Part shown: one piece after another, positions 43,901 to 54,620 of the stretch
Position numbering within the stretch: position 1 is the stretch's first letter
How the letters are laid out: each line of letters starts with the position of its first letter
DNA from: Gammaproteobacteria bacterium
Lineage (GTDB): Bacteria > Pseudomonadota > Gammaproteobacteria > Magnimaribacterales > D2472
Direction: 5' to 3'
Assembly (NCBI GenBank): GCA_038142505.1
Contig: JAYQKD010000005.1
Location: 30,217 to 94,216, forward strand
Length of the DNA stretch: 64,000 nucleotides
Made by a program: the position numbers and the translations under genes
Notes under the pieces: model-generated
Database searches by the model: none
Told to the model about the DNA's origin: nothing
What the model saw: only the letters and a program-made list of their open reading frames with translations

Positions 43901-44880
43901 TTATTTATATTTAATTCAAATTTTTTATATGCATCAATTATTTTTCTGACAAGAGGGTGTCTCACCACATCATTTGAAGAAAATCGAGTAATACCGATAC
44001 CATCTGTTTCCTTCAAAACATGAATAACATGATCAAGGCCTGAAGTAATGTGTTTAGGTAAATCAATTTGAGTTAAGTCACCATTAATAACTGCTTGTGA
44101 ACCAAAGCCTATTCTTGTTAGAACCATCTTCATTTGCTCAACAGTTGTATTTTGACTTTCATCCATGATGATAAAAGAATTGTTAAGTGTTCGTCCTCTC
44201 AGATAAGCAAGAGGAGCAACTTCTATTACTTCTTTTTCAATTAACTTAGTTGTTTTTTCAATGCCTAACATCTCATACAATCCGTCATATAGAGGCCTTA
44301 GATAAGGGTCAACTTTTTGTGAGAGATCACCAGGTAAAAAACCAAGCTTCTCACCAGCTTCTACAGCTGGTCTAATTAATACTATGCGCTGAACTTTATC
44401 ACTAAGAAGAGCCTCTACAGCCGCTGCTACAGCTATATAAGTTTTACCAGTTCCAGCATCGCCAATGCCAAAATTAATCTCATATTTATTTATATTTTTT
44501 ATATAGCTCTGCTGATTACCACCTCTTGGCCTGACGATCTTTTTTGGTGTTCTTATTTGGATATCTGTATCAATAACCTCAGGTTTTTTTGATAGGCTCA
44601 AGTTCAGATGTGATTGAATTGTTAAGTGGACGGCTTCTTTACTAATTTCAATATTTTTCTTTGTTAGATTATATAAATCCAAAATTGCATCAGACGCGTG
44701 TTTAATATCTTTTTCGTTACCAGTTATTTTTACCTCATCGCCCTTATGAAAAATTTTTACTGAAAAACTTTTTTCTATAAGCTTTAAATTACCATTAAGC
44801 TCTCCAACAAATAGGGCTATTCTTTCTGCATTAGATGGTTTTAAAGAGATGTTTCTTAAAGCGGTTTGAGTTTCTTGCAT
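43897..44880 (-). CDS. ybeZ: PhoH-like ATPase YbeZ
   Basis: GDAGTGKTYIAVA P-loop, DESQNTT, LTRIGFGS. Confidence 0.9.
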   Translation of the reverse strand: MQETQTALRNISLKPSNAERIALFVGELNGNLKLIEKSFSVKIFHKGDEVKITGNEKDIKHASDAILDLYNLTKKNIEISKEAVHLTIQSHLNLSLSKKPEVIDTDIQIRTPKKIVRPRGGNQQSYIKNINKYEINFGIGDAGTGKTYIAVAAAVEALLSDKVQRIVLIRPAVEAGEKLGFLPGDLSQKVDPYLRPLYDGLYEMLGIEKTTKLIEKEVIEVAPLAYLRGRTLNNSFIIMDESQNTTVEQMKMVLTRIGFGSQAVINGDLTQIDLPKHITSGLDHVIHVLKETDGIGITRFSSNDVVRHPLVRKIIDAYKKFELNINK

Positions 44881-44886
44881 TAATTT

Positions 44887-46227
44887 TTAAATTTTACCTC
44901 TTGGATTATGCAAAGTGCCTAATAAAGAATAGGATAATGCCTCTGTAATCTCTATGTCTACTAGTTTTCCTATAAAACCTATATTTTCAAGATCAAAATT
45001 TACAACTCTATTACATTCTGTTCTTGCCTGGAGTTGATCTGATCTTTTTTTTGCAATGCCGGTTACAAGGCATCTTTGAATACTACCAACCATACTCTTG
45101 CTATGATTTCTATGAAAATGGTTCAGCCTATCTTGAAGTGTGTTAAGGCGTTCTTTCTTTTCCTCTAATGGGGTCATATCCTCTAATTTAGAGGCAGGAG
45201 TTCCAGGTCTCTTGGAATAAATAAAACTAAAAGAAGAATCAAATTCTATCTCATTAACCAAATCCATGGTCTCCATAAAATCATCATGAGATTCACCAGG
45301 AAATCCTACAATAAAATCAGATGAAACCCTCAAATCTGGTCTGAAAGATTTAATTCTTTGAACTGCATCATGGAAAATATCTATTGTGTAATTTCTTTTC
45401 ATCTTCTCTAGAATTTTATTTGATCCTGATTGCACCGGTAAGTGAAGTTGACTCACCAATTGTGGTATATATTGATATGCCTCAATTAAATCATCTGTCA
45501 TATCTAATGGATGAGAAGTTGTATACCTAATTCTTTCGATACCATCAATATGACTTGTTATCTCTATGAGGTCTGACAACCTTAAAATTCTATCCTTATA
45601 TGGCATTTTGTATGAATTTACATTTTGTCCTAAAAATGTAATTTCACTTACTCCTTGCTCAGCAAGGCGAGCAACCTCATCAAAAATTTGCTCAGGCTTT
45701 CTACTAACCTCATCACCTCTGGTATAGGGAACAACGCAAAAAGAGCAATATTTTGAACAGCCCTCCATAATAGCAACATAGCTTGAGGGGCCGCCTGTAG
45801 TTGGTTTTGGCAAAGAATCAAATTTTTCTTCAATTGGAAAAGTTATATCAATTGCTTTGATGCCCTTGTTAGGGTCAACGTCCAGCAAATCAGAGACCCT
45901 ATGAAGGGTTTGAGGGCCATATATAAGATCAACATAAGGAGCACGTTTTTTTATATTGCTGCCTTCTTGAGTTGCAACACATCCACCAACACCTATTTTT
46001 AAGTTTGGATTTTTCTCTTTAAGTTTATTGAGCCTTCCAAGTTCTGAATAAACTTTTGATTCAGCCTTATCTCTTATAGAGCATGTGTTCAGTAGAATGA
46101 TGTCTGCGTCTTTAACATCATTTGTTAGTTCTACTCCTTTTTTTTCTTTTAAAATATCTACGGTCTTGTCCGAATCGTATTCGTTCATTTGACAGCCATA
46201 GGTTTTAATATAAAGTTTCGTACCCAT
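44887..46227 (-). CDS. miaB: tRNA-2-methylthio-N6-dimethylallyladenosine synthase
   Basis: YIKTYGCQMNEYDS, radical-SAM CSKYCSFCVVP, TRAM C-terminus. Confidence 0.93.
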   Translation of the reverse strand: MGTKLYIKTYGCQMNEYDSDKTVDILKEKKGVELTNDVKDADIILLNTCSIRDKAESKVYSELGRLNKLKEKNPNLKIGVGGCVATQEGSNIKKRAPYVDLIYGPQTLHRVSDLLDVDPNKGIKAIDITFPIEEKFDSLPKPTTGGPSSYVAIMEGCSKYCSFCVVPYTRGDEVSRKPEQIFDEVARLAEQGVSEITFLGQNVNSYKMPYKDRILRLSDLIEITSHIDGIERIRYTTSHPLDMTDDLIEAYQYIPQLVSQLHLPVQSGSNKILEKMKRNYTIDIFHDAVQRIKSFRPDLRVSSDFIVGFPGESHDDFMETMDLVNEIEFDSSFSFIYSKRPGTPASKLEDMTPLEEKKERLNTLQDRLNHFHRNHSKSMVGSIQRCLVTGIAKKRSDQLQARTECNRVVNFDLENIGFIGKLVDIEITEALSYSLLGTLHNPRGKI

Positions 46228-46240
46228 ATAATTAAGTATT

Positions 46241-46567
46241 ATGAAATCTAAAAGTGTTTACAAGATAATTTTCATGCAACTTGGTGAAGTATATGAAGTT
46301 TTTGCAAAACAAATTTTTCAAAGCGATATGTACGGTTTCATTGAGGTTGAGAATTATATATTCAATAAAGACAAACAACTAGTTGTAGACCCATCATCAG
46401 AAAAACTCAAAAATGAATTTTCAGATGTTCAAAGAAGTTATATTCCTATGAATGCAATTATAAGAATAGATGAAGTAAAAGAGACTGGAGAAGCAAAGAT
46501 CAAGGAAAACAAAGGACAGGTAAGTCCGTTTCCATTAAACATTCAACCTTTAAATAAAAAAGATTAA
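46241..46567 (+). CDS. DUF1820-like small conserved protein
   Basis: YKIIFMQLGEVYEVFAKQIFQSDMYGFIEVE...VVDPSSEKLKNEF..V.RSYIPMNAIIRIDEV matches my recollection of this gammaproteobacterial family. Confidence 0.55.
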   Translation: MKSKSVYKIIFMQLGEVYEVFAKQIFQSDMYGFIEVENYIFNKDKQLVVDPSSEKLKNEFSDVQRSYIPMNAIIRIDEVKETGEAKIKENKGQVSPFPLNIQPLNKKD

Positions 46568-47119
46568 TTAGCCCTCTGGTAAAAAAAGATTTTTATAAAA
46601 TTTCAATTCTGCAACAGACTCTTTAATATCTCCCATAGCTCTATGAGAACCCTCCTTCTCATATACTTGAGCCTCATTCATCCACCTAACTGCGGCTTCT
46701 TTAAAAGAAGATACATCTATATGCCTGTAATTAAAATAAGATTCTAATCTGGGCATATATTTAGCTAAAAATCTTCTATCGTGCGAAACTGTATTTCCGC
46801 ACATGGGTGATTGATTTGGGCCAACGTATTTTGAAACAAAGTCTAATGTCTCTATTTCAGCCATCTGTTCAGTAATAGAGCTTTTCTTTACAGCGTCTAT
46901 CAAACCTGATGATCCATGCTGGTTTTGATTCCATTCGTCCATTTGATCTAGCAAAGAGGTTTGTTGGGTTATTATCAAATTTGGTCCCTCAGCTAAAATA
47001 TTAAGTTGAGAGTCTGTAATTAATGTAGCAATTTCTATGATTCTTTCTTTTTCAGGGTCAAGACCGGTCATCTCTAGGTCAAGCCAGACTAAATTATCTT
47101 TTGATTGTAAGCTCTTCAT
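46568..47119 (-). CDS. orn: oligoribonuclease
   Basis: LVWLDLEMTGLDPEKERIIEIA DEDD exonuclease motif, GNTVSHDRRFL, HRAMGDI. Confidence 0.93.
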   Translation of the reverse strand: MKSLQSKDNLVWLDLEMTGLDPEKERIIEIATLITDSQLNILAEGPNLIITQQTSLLDQMDEWNQNQHGSSGLIDAVKKSSITEQMAEIETLDFVSKYVGPNQSPMCGNTVSHDRRFLAKYMPRLESYFNYRHIDVSSFKEAAVRWMNEAQVYEKEGSHRAMGDIKESVAELKFYKNLFLPEG

Positions 47120-47160
47120 AACTTTTTATATTTCTTCCTTTAGTGTATTTTGTGCTTATT

Positions 47161-48033
47161 ATGCAAAAAGTTCAAACTGGTTTAGTAATAGAATTTTACT
47201 CAAATAGCTGTTTGGTTCGTACAGACAAAAAAGACATCCCATGTATTGGAATAAAAGACATTATTGTTGGAGATGTGGTTGAAATTGAAATATTACAAGA
47301 TAGCAAAGAGACTAAGGGAGTAATTTTATCTAGAGAAGATAGGAAATCGCTTTTGCAAAAAAAGGATGGAATAAAATACAAAAATATAGCTGCCAACCTT
47401 AGTCATGTTGGCATATTGGTAACACCAAAACCCAAAACTACTGCTGAATTTATTGATAAGTGGATATTAACTTCATTATTATCAGGTATTGAGCCTTTTG
47501 TTATTTGTAATAAATCAGATCTTAATCATGATGATGCTTATTTGAAGCAAATAAATCTATATAAAAGCCTTGATATTCAAACCTTTAGTATTTCTGCAAA
47601 AGAAAATACAAACATAGATCTCCTTCAAAACTATTTGAAACATAAATGTGCTCTATTTGTTGGTAACTCTGGTGCAGGAAAATCAACTCTTACTTCATTA
47701 ATTACAGGCAAGGAGATCAAAACAAACACGCTCTCAAACAACCAAGGGGTGCATACGACATCTATCTCAACGCTATATCAGGTTAATGCAAGCACTCAAA
47801 TTATTGATTCTCCAGGAGTTAGGGACCTCCCAATATCTGGATGGAAAACAAATCAAATTATTGCTGGTTTTAAAGAAATATATGCATCTTCAAAAGAATG
47901 TGAGTTTAATGACTGCAATCATATAAACAATAAAGGTTGTAATGTCATAAAAAAACTTAATGATGGTGAAATAAGTCAAAGTAGATACAATAATTTCATT
48001 AAGTTTAGAGATAGCGTGCTTAACGATGAATAA
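47161..48033 (+). CDS. rsgA: ribosome small-subunit-dependent GTPase A
   Basis: NKSDL, GNSGAGKSTL, DSPG, zinc knuckle CEFNDCNH..NKGC. ATG 47161 is preferred over GTG 47143. Divergent from orn, as in E. coli. Confidence 0.9.
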   Translation: MQKVQTGLVIEFYSNSCLVRTDKKDIPCIGIKDIIVGDVVEIEILQDSKETKGVILSREDRKSLLQKKDGIKYKNIAANLSHVGILVTPKPKTTAEFIDKWILTSLLSGIEPFVICNKSDLNHDDAYLKQINLYKSLDIQTFSISAKENTNIDLLQNYLKHKCALFVGNSGAGKSTLTSLITGKEIKTNTLSNNQGVHTTSISTLYQVNASTQIIDSPGVRDLPISGWKTNQIIAGFKEIYASSKECEFNDCNHINNKGCNVIKKLNDGEISQSRYNNFIKFRDSVLNDE

Positions 48034-48766
48034 AAAAACTCATTTTGGTTACAAAGAGGTAGACGAAAAAGATAAAAGCTCCCATGTTGGAGGGGTTTTT
48101 TCTTCTGTTGCAGAAAACTACGACATCATGAATGATGCTATGTCATTTGGCATGCATAGACTGTGGAAAATGATTCTAGTTGAGCTTGCCGCTATTTCAG
48201 ATAAAGACAGTGTTCTAGATATAGCAAGTGGAACTGGGGATATTGCAAAACTAATTTCCAAAGACTTTCCCAATACTGAGATATACATGACAGATATCAA
48301 CATGGACATGCTCTCAGAGGGTAGAGATAGAGCAATTAATGAAAGCTTTTATGCTAATTGTCATTTCTGTCAACTCAGTGGAGAAGAAATCCCATTTGAT
48401 GATGATGCTTTTGATGTAATCACAATTGGATTTGGTTTGAGAAATTTTACAAATAAAGAAAAAGGCCTCAAAGAAATGAGAAGATGTCTTAAAAAAGATG
48501 GCAGGCTGCTTGTTCTAGAGTTTTCTAAACCTTTAAATCCTATTTTTTCTAAAATCTATGACTGGTATTCATTCAATGTTCTTCCCAAGCTTGGTTCTAT
48601 GCTTGCAAATGACTCTGATAGCTATCAATACCTTGCAGAATCTATTCGCATGCATCCTGATCAAGAAACATTAAAATCAATGATAATAGAAGCCGGATTC
48701 AGTAATTGTAAATTTTATAATCTCCTTAACGGCATTGTTTCGATACATGTGGCATATGACGAATAA
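48026..48766 (+). CDS. ubiE: demethylmenaquinone/ubiquinone C-methyltransferase
   Basis: YDIMNDAMSFGMHRLWK, DIASGTGD SAM motif, LEFS.P. Confidence 0.92.
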   Translation: MNKKTHFGYKEVDEKDKSSHVGGVFSSVAENYDIMNDAMSFGMHRLWKMILVELAAISDKDSVLDIASGTGDIAKLISKDFPNTEIYMTDINMDMLSEGRDRAINESFYANCHFCQLSGEEIPFDDDAFDVITIGFGLRNFTNKEKGLKEMRRCLKKDGRLLVLEFSKPLNPIFSKIYDWYSFNVLPKLGSMLANDSDSYQYLAESIRMHPDQETLKSMIIEAGFSNCKFYNLLNGIVSIHVAYDE

Positions 48767-49253
48767 CTTGTTAAAAATAATAAATAACATCATAAATGAC
48801 ATTGAAAACGCCTCTCCGGTTGCTCGAGATAAGCTGATACAAATTTATCCAATAAGTTTCCTGTTATCCTTAAAGGGTCACAAAAATATTTACTTTAGCC
48901 TAGACAAAAACAGTAAGAATATTTCTTTTGAAAAAACTTCGCATATAGATTTTGAAATACGATCTTCAATCAAAGAAGTGCTTGATTTAATTCTTTCCAA
49001 AAAAATTAAAAAAGAAATTATCTACGGTGATAATGAAAAAGCAATTTTAATGATTAATGCAATCTTAAAATCTGATATTGATATTGTATTTTTAATAGAT
49101 AAATATTTTGGAAATGTGCCTGCTGTTTTAGCCTATCTTGCAAAAGAAAAATTATTTACGACAAACCAGTATAATAAAAAAAATGAGCTTCAGTCTAAAT
49201 TGAGAGATCTGTCTATAAGACTTGATAGACTTGAGGCTATTAATAATTTATGA
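48756..49253 (+). CDS. ubiJ: ubiquinone biosynthesis accessory factor UbiJ (SCP2-like, YigP position)
   Basis: Sits between ubiE and ubiB. C-terminal coiled segment LRDLSIRLDRLE. The start is uncertain (48735, 48747 or 48756). Confidence 0.65.
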   Translation: MTNNLLKIINNIINDIENASPVARDKLIQIYPISFLLSLKGHKNIYFSLDKNSKNISFEKTSHIDFEIRSSIKEVLDLILSKKIKKEIIYGDNEKAILMINAILKSDIDIVFLIDKYFGNVPAVLAYLAKEKLFTTNQYNKKNELQSKLRDLSIRLDRLEAINNL

Positions 49254-50731
49254 ATTTCTTAATAATAATTTTTCAAGGCTTAAAGATGTTAACTTTAGGC
49301 ATTAGGTTCAAAATCTTTATGAATCCTAATGGTGAAAAAGCTGCAAAATACCTTGAGTCGCTTGGGCCAATTTTTATTAAATTTGGTCAATTGCTCTCTA
49401 CCAGAACAGATATTCTAGATATAGACACTGCAAAAGAACTTCAAAGCCTGACTGATAGCTGCAAGCCTTTTTCAGTTAAAGAGCTTAAAAAAATTGTAGA
49501 AAAAGAACTAGGCAATTCAATTAATGATCTGTTTGATGATTTCAACGAAGTGCCAATGGCTGCTGCATCATTAGCGCAAGTTCATTCTGCAAAACTTAAA
49601 GATGGTAAAAAAATTGTTGTAAAAGTTTTAAGGCCAAATATTGAAAAAGAAGTTAAGAAAAATCTCAGGCTTTTAAAATCTGCTGCAAAAGTTTGTACAT
49701 ATCTATATTCTGAGAGCGATAGAATAAGACCAATTGAGGTAGTAAAAGATTATGAAAATACGATTTTACGTGAATTAGATTTAAGGCTAGAAGCTGCTAA
49801 TACAAACCTTACTAGAAAAAACTTTGCAGGCTCTGAAGAATTATATATTCCTGAAGTATATTGGGACTTAACCACTTCAAAGGTAATGGTATTAGAAGAG
49901 ATCGATGGAATACCTTGTACGGACATTGAGACCATTGAGAAATTTAATATAGATAAAAAAAGATTGGCAGAAAACGGTGTCATGATTTTTCTTAATCAAG
50001 TATTTCGCGATAATTTTTTTCATGCGGATATGCATCCAGGAAACATATTTGTTTCAAAAGAAAATCCTGAAAAGCCAGGATATATAGCAATCGACTGTGC
50101 GATAAGTGGTTCTCTTTCTAATGATGAAAGATATATTCTTGCAAGAATGCTTCAAGCTGTAATCAAACAAAATTATAAATCTCTGGCTCAGTTATTTATA
50201 AGCTCAGAATGGGTTAACCCCAATTCAAACCAAATAGAACTTGAAAATACTCTCAGAGCTTGTTGTGAGCCAATATTTGAAAAACCTTTATCAGAAATTG
50301 AATTTGGTAAACTGCTCTTATATCTTTTCCAAAGCACTAGACCTTTTGGATTATCGCTTCAGCCATCATTAGTTTTACTTCAAAAAACTCTTATACATAT
50401 TGAGGGAATGGGTCGACAAATATACCCTCAACTAGATTTTTGGGGAATAGCTGAGCCATACCTTGATAATTGGCTTAAAGAACAATTTAATCCGTTAAAA
50501 ATAAAAGATTATATTTTAGAGAATAAAGACGAATTAATAATGAAGGCTTCTGAAATGCCTAGCTTTATATATGAAACCTTGGACGAAATTAGAGGTTATT
50601 CTAAAAATAGAAGATCGTATGAAGAAAAAATCCATAAGATGGAGATGGATCTGCAAAAACAAAAATACATCATAAGTTTCTTCCTAATAGGTATAATATT
50701 AGGGTGTGGTGCTTTTTTATTGCTCACATAG
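49250..50731 (+). CDS. ubiB: ubiquinone biosynthesis regulatory kinase-like protein UbiB
   Basis: GPIFIKFGQLLSTR, AASLAQVH, FHADMHPGNIF, C-terminal TM helices. Confidence 0.92.
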   Translation: MNFLIIIFQGLKMLTLGIRFKIFMNPNGEKAAKYLESLGPIFIKFGQLLSTRTDILDIDTAKELQSLTDSCKPFSVKELKKIVEKELGNSINDLFDDFNEVPMAAASLAQVHSAKLKDGKKIVVKVLRPNIEKEVKKNLRLLKSAAKVCTYLYSESDRIRPIEVVKDYENTILRELDLRLEAANTNLTRKNFAGSEELYIPEVYWDLTTSKVMVLEEIDGIPCTDIETIEKFNIDKKRLAENGVMIFLNQVFRDNFFHADMHPGNIFVSKENPEKPGYIAIDCAISGSLSNDERYILARMLQAVIKQNYKSLAQLFISSEWVNPNSNQIELENTLRACCEPIFEKPLSEIEFGKLLLYLFQSTRPFGLSLQPSLVLLQKTLIHIEGMGRQIYPQLDFWGIAEPYLDNWLKEQFNPLKIKDYILENKDELIMKASEMPSFIYETLDEIRGYSKNRRSYEEKIHKMEMDLQKQKYIISFFLIGIILGCGAFLLLT

Positions 50732-50740
50732 GAGATTTAT

Positions 50741-50911
50741 ATGGGCTTAGGTGGAATAAGTATTTGGCAACTTCTAATCATTTTAGTTGTGGTGCTTTTA
50801 ATTTTTGGTAGTGGCAAATTAAAGACTTTGGGATCTGACCTTGGCTCGGGCCTAAAAAGCTTTAAAAAGGCTGTAAAAGAAGAAGATAAAGAAGACAACA
50901 AACAAGATTAA
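50741..50911 (+). CDS. tatA: twin-arginine translocase subunit TatA (56 aa, below the ORF-track cutoff)
   Basis: Manual translation gives [63 protein letters not shown]-like sequence at 50731-50734. Confidence 0.9.
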   Translation: MGLGGISIWQLLIILVVVLLIFGSGKLKTLGSDLGSGLKSFKKAVKEEDKEDNKQD

Positions 50912-50914
50912 CAA

Positions 50915-51163
50915 TTGCTTCAGATTGGTTTTTTAGAAATTGCTATTATCCTAATTATAGGATTATTAGTTATTGGCCCCGAGAGGCTGCCTGAGCTTGT
51001 CAAGAATCTCTTAAAATTTTATAAAAAAATTCAAAATCAGTTTTCTGAATTTAAAAATAACTTCGAACAAGATATTGGTGCTGACGATATTAAAAAAGAT
51101 GTTTTTAATGAAATGCGGATGGAAGAATTAGAAGGCTTTGAGCAAAAGAACAAAGATGAATAG
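50915..51163 (+). CDS. tatB: twin-arginine translocase subunit TatB
   Basis: LQIGFLEIAIILIIGLLVIGPERLPELVKN. TTG start. Confidence 0.8.
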   Translation: MLQIGFLEIAIILIIGLLVIGPERLPELVKNLLKFYKKIQNQFSEFKNNFEQDIGADDIKKDVFNEMRMEELEGFEQKNKDE

Positions 51164-51860
51164 CAGCTCAGTTTCATCTCATCTAATAGAACTTAGATCT
51201 AGGCTGATTAAAACATTAATTTGTATGGGGGTTCTTACCATTATCGGATTGCCATTTGCTTCAGAAATATATTCTTTTGTAGCATCACCATTGATATCTA
51301 TTTTGCCTAGTGGCAGCTCAATGATTGCTACTGGAGTAAGCTCGCCATTTATGGCACCTATAAAATTAACTCTATTTGTGGCGCTATTACTGAGCATGCC
51401 TTATTTCTTCTATCAGATGTGGCTCTTTATGTCTCCGGGCCTTTATAAAAATGAAAAAAGCTTAGTTCTTCCCTTGATGACATCAACAATTTTTTTATTT
51501 ATAACAGGTGTAGCTTTTGCATATTACGTTGTATGTCCGATTATCTTTAGTTTTTTTATTAACTCTGCTCCTGATTCAATTGTTGTTATGACTGATATAA
51601 GTCAATATTTAAATTTTGTTCTTAAGGTTACTTTTGCTTTTGGAGTTGCTTTTGAGATGCCAGTAGCAACATACCTAATAATAAGATCTGGTATTGCAAA
51701 TAAAGAGAAATTAAAGAAGGCGAGACCATACTTAATTGTGTTATTTTTTATTTTAGGAATGCTTCTAACACCGCCAGATGTTTTTTCTCAGTTATTTTTA
51801 GCCATCCCAATGTGGCTTCTTTTTGAATTAGGATTGCTAATTTCAAAGGATAAAATTTAA
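51156..51860 (+). CDS. tatC: twin-arginine translocase subunit TatC
   Basis: HLIELRSRLIK, six TM segments, TPPDVFSQ. ATG 51156 is preferred over TTG 51138. Confidence 0.92.
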   Translation: MNSSSVSSHLIELRSRLIKTLICMGVLTIIGLPFASEIYSFVASPLISILPSGSSMIATGVSSPFMAPIKLTLFVALLLSMPYFFYQMWLFMSPGLYKNEKSLVLPLMTSTIFLFITGVAFAYYVVCPIIFSFFINSAPDSIVVMTDISQYLNFVLKVTFAFGVAFEMPVATYLIIRSGIANKEKLKKARPYLIVLFFILGMLLTPPDVFSQLFLAIPMWLLFELGLLISKDKI

Positions 51861-52564
51861 TGGATATTGAGAATCTTTCAAAAAGGTTTAAGGAAGATGG
51901 CTACATTTACATTGAAAATTTTTTTGATGGGAATTTGATGGATAGCTATCATCAGAAAATTCTTAGTCATTTTAAAAAAGATACTGAATACAAACATGGC
52001 ATGGCTTTTATAGAAAAATCAGACACGGATGTTATTCCATGGTTTCCTCAGCTTGAGGGAGAAACAATCTTTAATATTGTTGAAGATGACCAAAGATTGC
52101 AAAAGATTACAGAAAAAATACTTGGCAGTGGATGGAAGTCTTTGTACAGCATGGTAATGTTTAGCAATAAGTCATCAAATGGCCAAGCATGGCATCAAGA
52201 CTGTAATCCTGAAAATAAAGAAATCTATAACCTCAACAGACTTGTTTATACCATGGATATTAGTAAATTAACCGGTGGCGAGCTAGTCTTAATTCCAGGC
52301 TCACATAAGAAAGGAATAATACCCTCAGATTCTTTTGGTAATGAGATAGGGCATGAAGTAGTTATTGAGCCAAGCAAAGGGTCTCTTGCCATATTACATG
52401 GGCATCTATGGCACAAGGTTCTACCAATACATGAAAACATAAGAGTCTCTACAAATTATCGCTGCATACCAAGTGGAACTCCGGATAATATTACTGATAT
52501 ATGCGTTTATAGAAATATGATGTATCGCTTCTCGGATGAAAAAATCTTAACAACTAGAGATTAA
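51860..52564 (+). CDS. phytanoyl-CoA dioxygenase (PhyH)-family Fe(II)/2-oxoglutarate oxygenase
   Basis: WHQD ... LHGHLWH facial-triad pattern, 234 aa. Confidence 0.65.
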   Translation: MDIENLSKRFKEDGYIYIENFFDGNLMDSYHQKILSHFKKDTEYKHGMAFIEKSDTDVIPWFPQLEGETIFNIVEDDQRLQKITEKILGSGWKSLYSMVMFSNKSSNGQAWHQDCNPENKEIYNLNRLVYTMDISKLTGGELVLIPGSHKKGIIPSDSFGNEIGHEVVIEPSKGSLAILHGHLWHKVLPIHENIRVSTNYRCIPSGTPDNITDICVYRNMMYRFSDEKILTTRD

Positions 52565-53142
52565 AGACCCAATCTTTTCGTCCAATCATTATTGTCAGGT
52601 CTCTGGTTTTCAATAATAAGATTTACTAAATCTTCACACGAAGAGGAGACTATTAAATCATTAAAATTTGCTTCTGTTATAAAATCTTCTTCAACTGCCT
52701 TTTTCATCCATGCTAGCAAATGGTCGTAATATCCCTCGGTATTAAGAAGTCCCACCGGCTTGTTGATAAGTCCAAGCTGATTGTTAGCCATTATCTCAGC
52801 TAACTCATCCAAAGATCCCACACCTCCAGGAAGCACTATGAATGCATCTGATCTTTTCATAAACTCATCTTTTCGATCTAATAAGGTTTTTGTAATTATT
52901 TGATTTTTTAACCTTGGGTTCACTAACTCAAGATTATGTAAAGATTCTAAGCCAATTCCTATAGCATCTACTCCATTATCAAGAGCTGCGTCTGAAACTA
53001 TTTTCATAAGACCTACATTTCCACCACCAAAAACAACATTGATGCCTTTTGCTGCAAGAATTTCTCCAATCTTTTTCGCATCTTCAGCATATCTAGGATT
53101 GTTACCCTCATGAGCTCCACAAAAAACTGATATATTTTTCAT
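52561..53142 (-). CDS. LOG-family nucleotide 5'-monophosphate nucleosidase (TIGR00730)
   Basis: VFCGA, VVFGGGNVGLMK, LPGGVGSLDELAE. Confidence 0.85.
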   Translation of the reverse strand: MKNISVFCGAHEGNNPRYAEDAKKIGEILAAKGINVVFGGGNVGLMKIVSDAALDNGVDAIGIGLESLHNLELVNPRLKNQIITKTLLDRKDEFMKRSDAFIVLPGGVGSLDELAEIMANNQLGLINKPVGLLNTEGYYDHLLAWMKKAVEEDFITEANFNDLIVSSSCEDLVNLIIENQRPDNNDWTKRLGL

Positions 53143-53149
53143 AATTAAA

Positions 53150-53587
53150 TTAAGTTTTAAAATTAAATGTTACTGGTCCCTTATTTATCGATGATATATT
53201 CATTGATGCGCCAAACTTCCCCTCTTTTACGAACTGATGTTCTTTTTTAAAAAGATCTACAAATTTATCATACATTAATTTTGCTTTATCCGGCTTGGCC
53301 GCTTTATGAAATGTTGGTTTGTTTCCTTTATTGGTTATTGCTGAAAGAGTAAATTGACTTACTATCAAAACTTCTTCTTTTGAATCTTTTAACGAGCGTG
53401 AGGTTATGCCTTTTGAACCATCAATCATTTTAAAGTTGAGAAGCTTTTCTGACATCTTAGCTATAGATTCATTTGTATCAGAATCTTCGATACAAATTAA
53501 AACTAATAGGCCGCTTCCAATTGACGAAAATTCTTTATTATCAATATGTACTTTGGCCTCTAGGACTCTTTGAACTAAAGAAATCAA
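53150..53587 (-). CDS. dtd: D-aminoacyl-tRNA deacylase
   Basis: MISLVQRV, VSQFTL, and the family-typical 145-aa length. Confidence 0.9.
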   Translation of the reverse strand: MISLVQRVLEAKVHIDNKEFSSIGSGLLVLICIEDSDTNESIAKMSEKLLNFKMIDGSKGITSRSLKDSKEEVLIVSQFTLSAITNKGNKPTFHKAAKPDKAKLMYDKFVDLFKKEHQFVKEGKFGASMNISSINKGPVTFNFKT

Positions 53588-53590
53588 TCT

Positions 53591-54604
53591 TTATTCGTCT
53601 TCTAATCCTTGATCCCATTCTCCGAGAGAAGCAAGTTTATTCATTTTAGCTCTATGGGATAACGCATCTTGAGAAATAAACATGTTTTCTGGCTTACCGC
53701 CCCAAGCTTTCAGCGCAGCAGCTTGAAGCGCTCTTCCATATGAAAAACTTAACTTCCATTCAAACCCACCTATTTTATTCATGGCGTCTAAATGCGCAGT
53801 TGCCAAAATATCAGACTGACCTCCTGATAAAAAAGTAATTCCAGGAAGCTCTGAAGGAACATTGGCAATTAAACAATCTAATGTTTTTCTTGCAACCTCA
53901 TTAATATTAGCTTGCTGATTACAGCTTGAACCTGATGTAACCATGTTTGGTTTTAATATTGTTCCTTTTATATTTACTTCATTATCTGCAAGGTGTTTAA
54001 AGAGTGATTTCAAAGATCTATCTGATGCTTCATAACAGTCTTCAATTGAGTGAGAACCGTCCATCAACACCTCTGGCTCGACCATAGGAACCATTCCATT
54101 ATCTTGAACAATTTTTGCATAATCAGCCAGTGCTTTCATATTAGCGTCAATGCATTCTTGGGTTGGCATACCATCACCAATTTTTATAACAGCTCTCCAC
54201 TTGGTAAATTTTGCTCCCATAGAAACATATTCTTTTAATCTTTCATCTAAACCATCTAAGCCAACAGTTACTGTCTCATCTAAATCACCAAAAGGCTGAA
54301 GTCCTTTATCAACTTTAATTCCAGGAAGGGCGCCTTGATTAGAAATAATATCAACGAGAGGGGTGCCGTCTTTAGCATTCTGTCTGATAGTTTCATCAAA
54401 AAGAATAACGCCACCGATATTATCTTTCATGCCTGAAGATCTAAATAACATTTCTCTATAATCTCTTCTATTATCCTCATTAGACTCAACCCCAATGCTG
54501 TCGAATCTTTTACCGCATGTTGGATTGCTCTCATCAGCAGCAAGGATACCCTTGCCGTCTGAAACAATATAAGACGCTATTTCTTCTAAAGTATTTAATG
54601 ACAT
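53591..54604 (-). CDS. fba: fructose-bisphosphate aldolase, class I
   Basis: GILAADESNPTCGKRF, Schiff-base region ILKPNMV, FLSGGQS, SFSYGRALQ. Confidence 0.9.
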   Translation of the reverse strand: MSLNTLEEIASYIVSDGKGILAADESNPTCGKRFDSIGVESNEDNRRDYREMLFRSSGMKDNIGGVILFDETIRQNAKDGTPLVDIISNQGALPGIKVDKGLQPFGDLDETVTVGLDGLDERLKEYVSMGAKFTKWRAVIKIGDGMPTQECIDANMKALADYAKIVQDNGMVPMVEPEVLMDGSHSIEDCYEASDRSLKSLFKHLADNEVNIKGTILKPNMVTSGSSCNQQANINEVARKTLDCLIANVPSELPGITFLSGGQSDILATAHLDAMNKIGGFEWKLSFSYGRALQAAALKAWGGKPENMFISQDALSHRAKMNKLASLGEWDQGLEDE

Positions 54605-54620
54605 TACTATCTCCCTATCT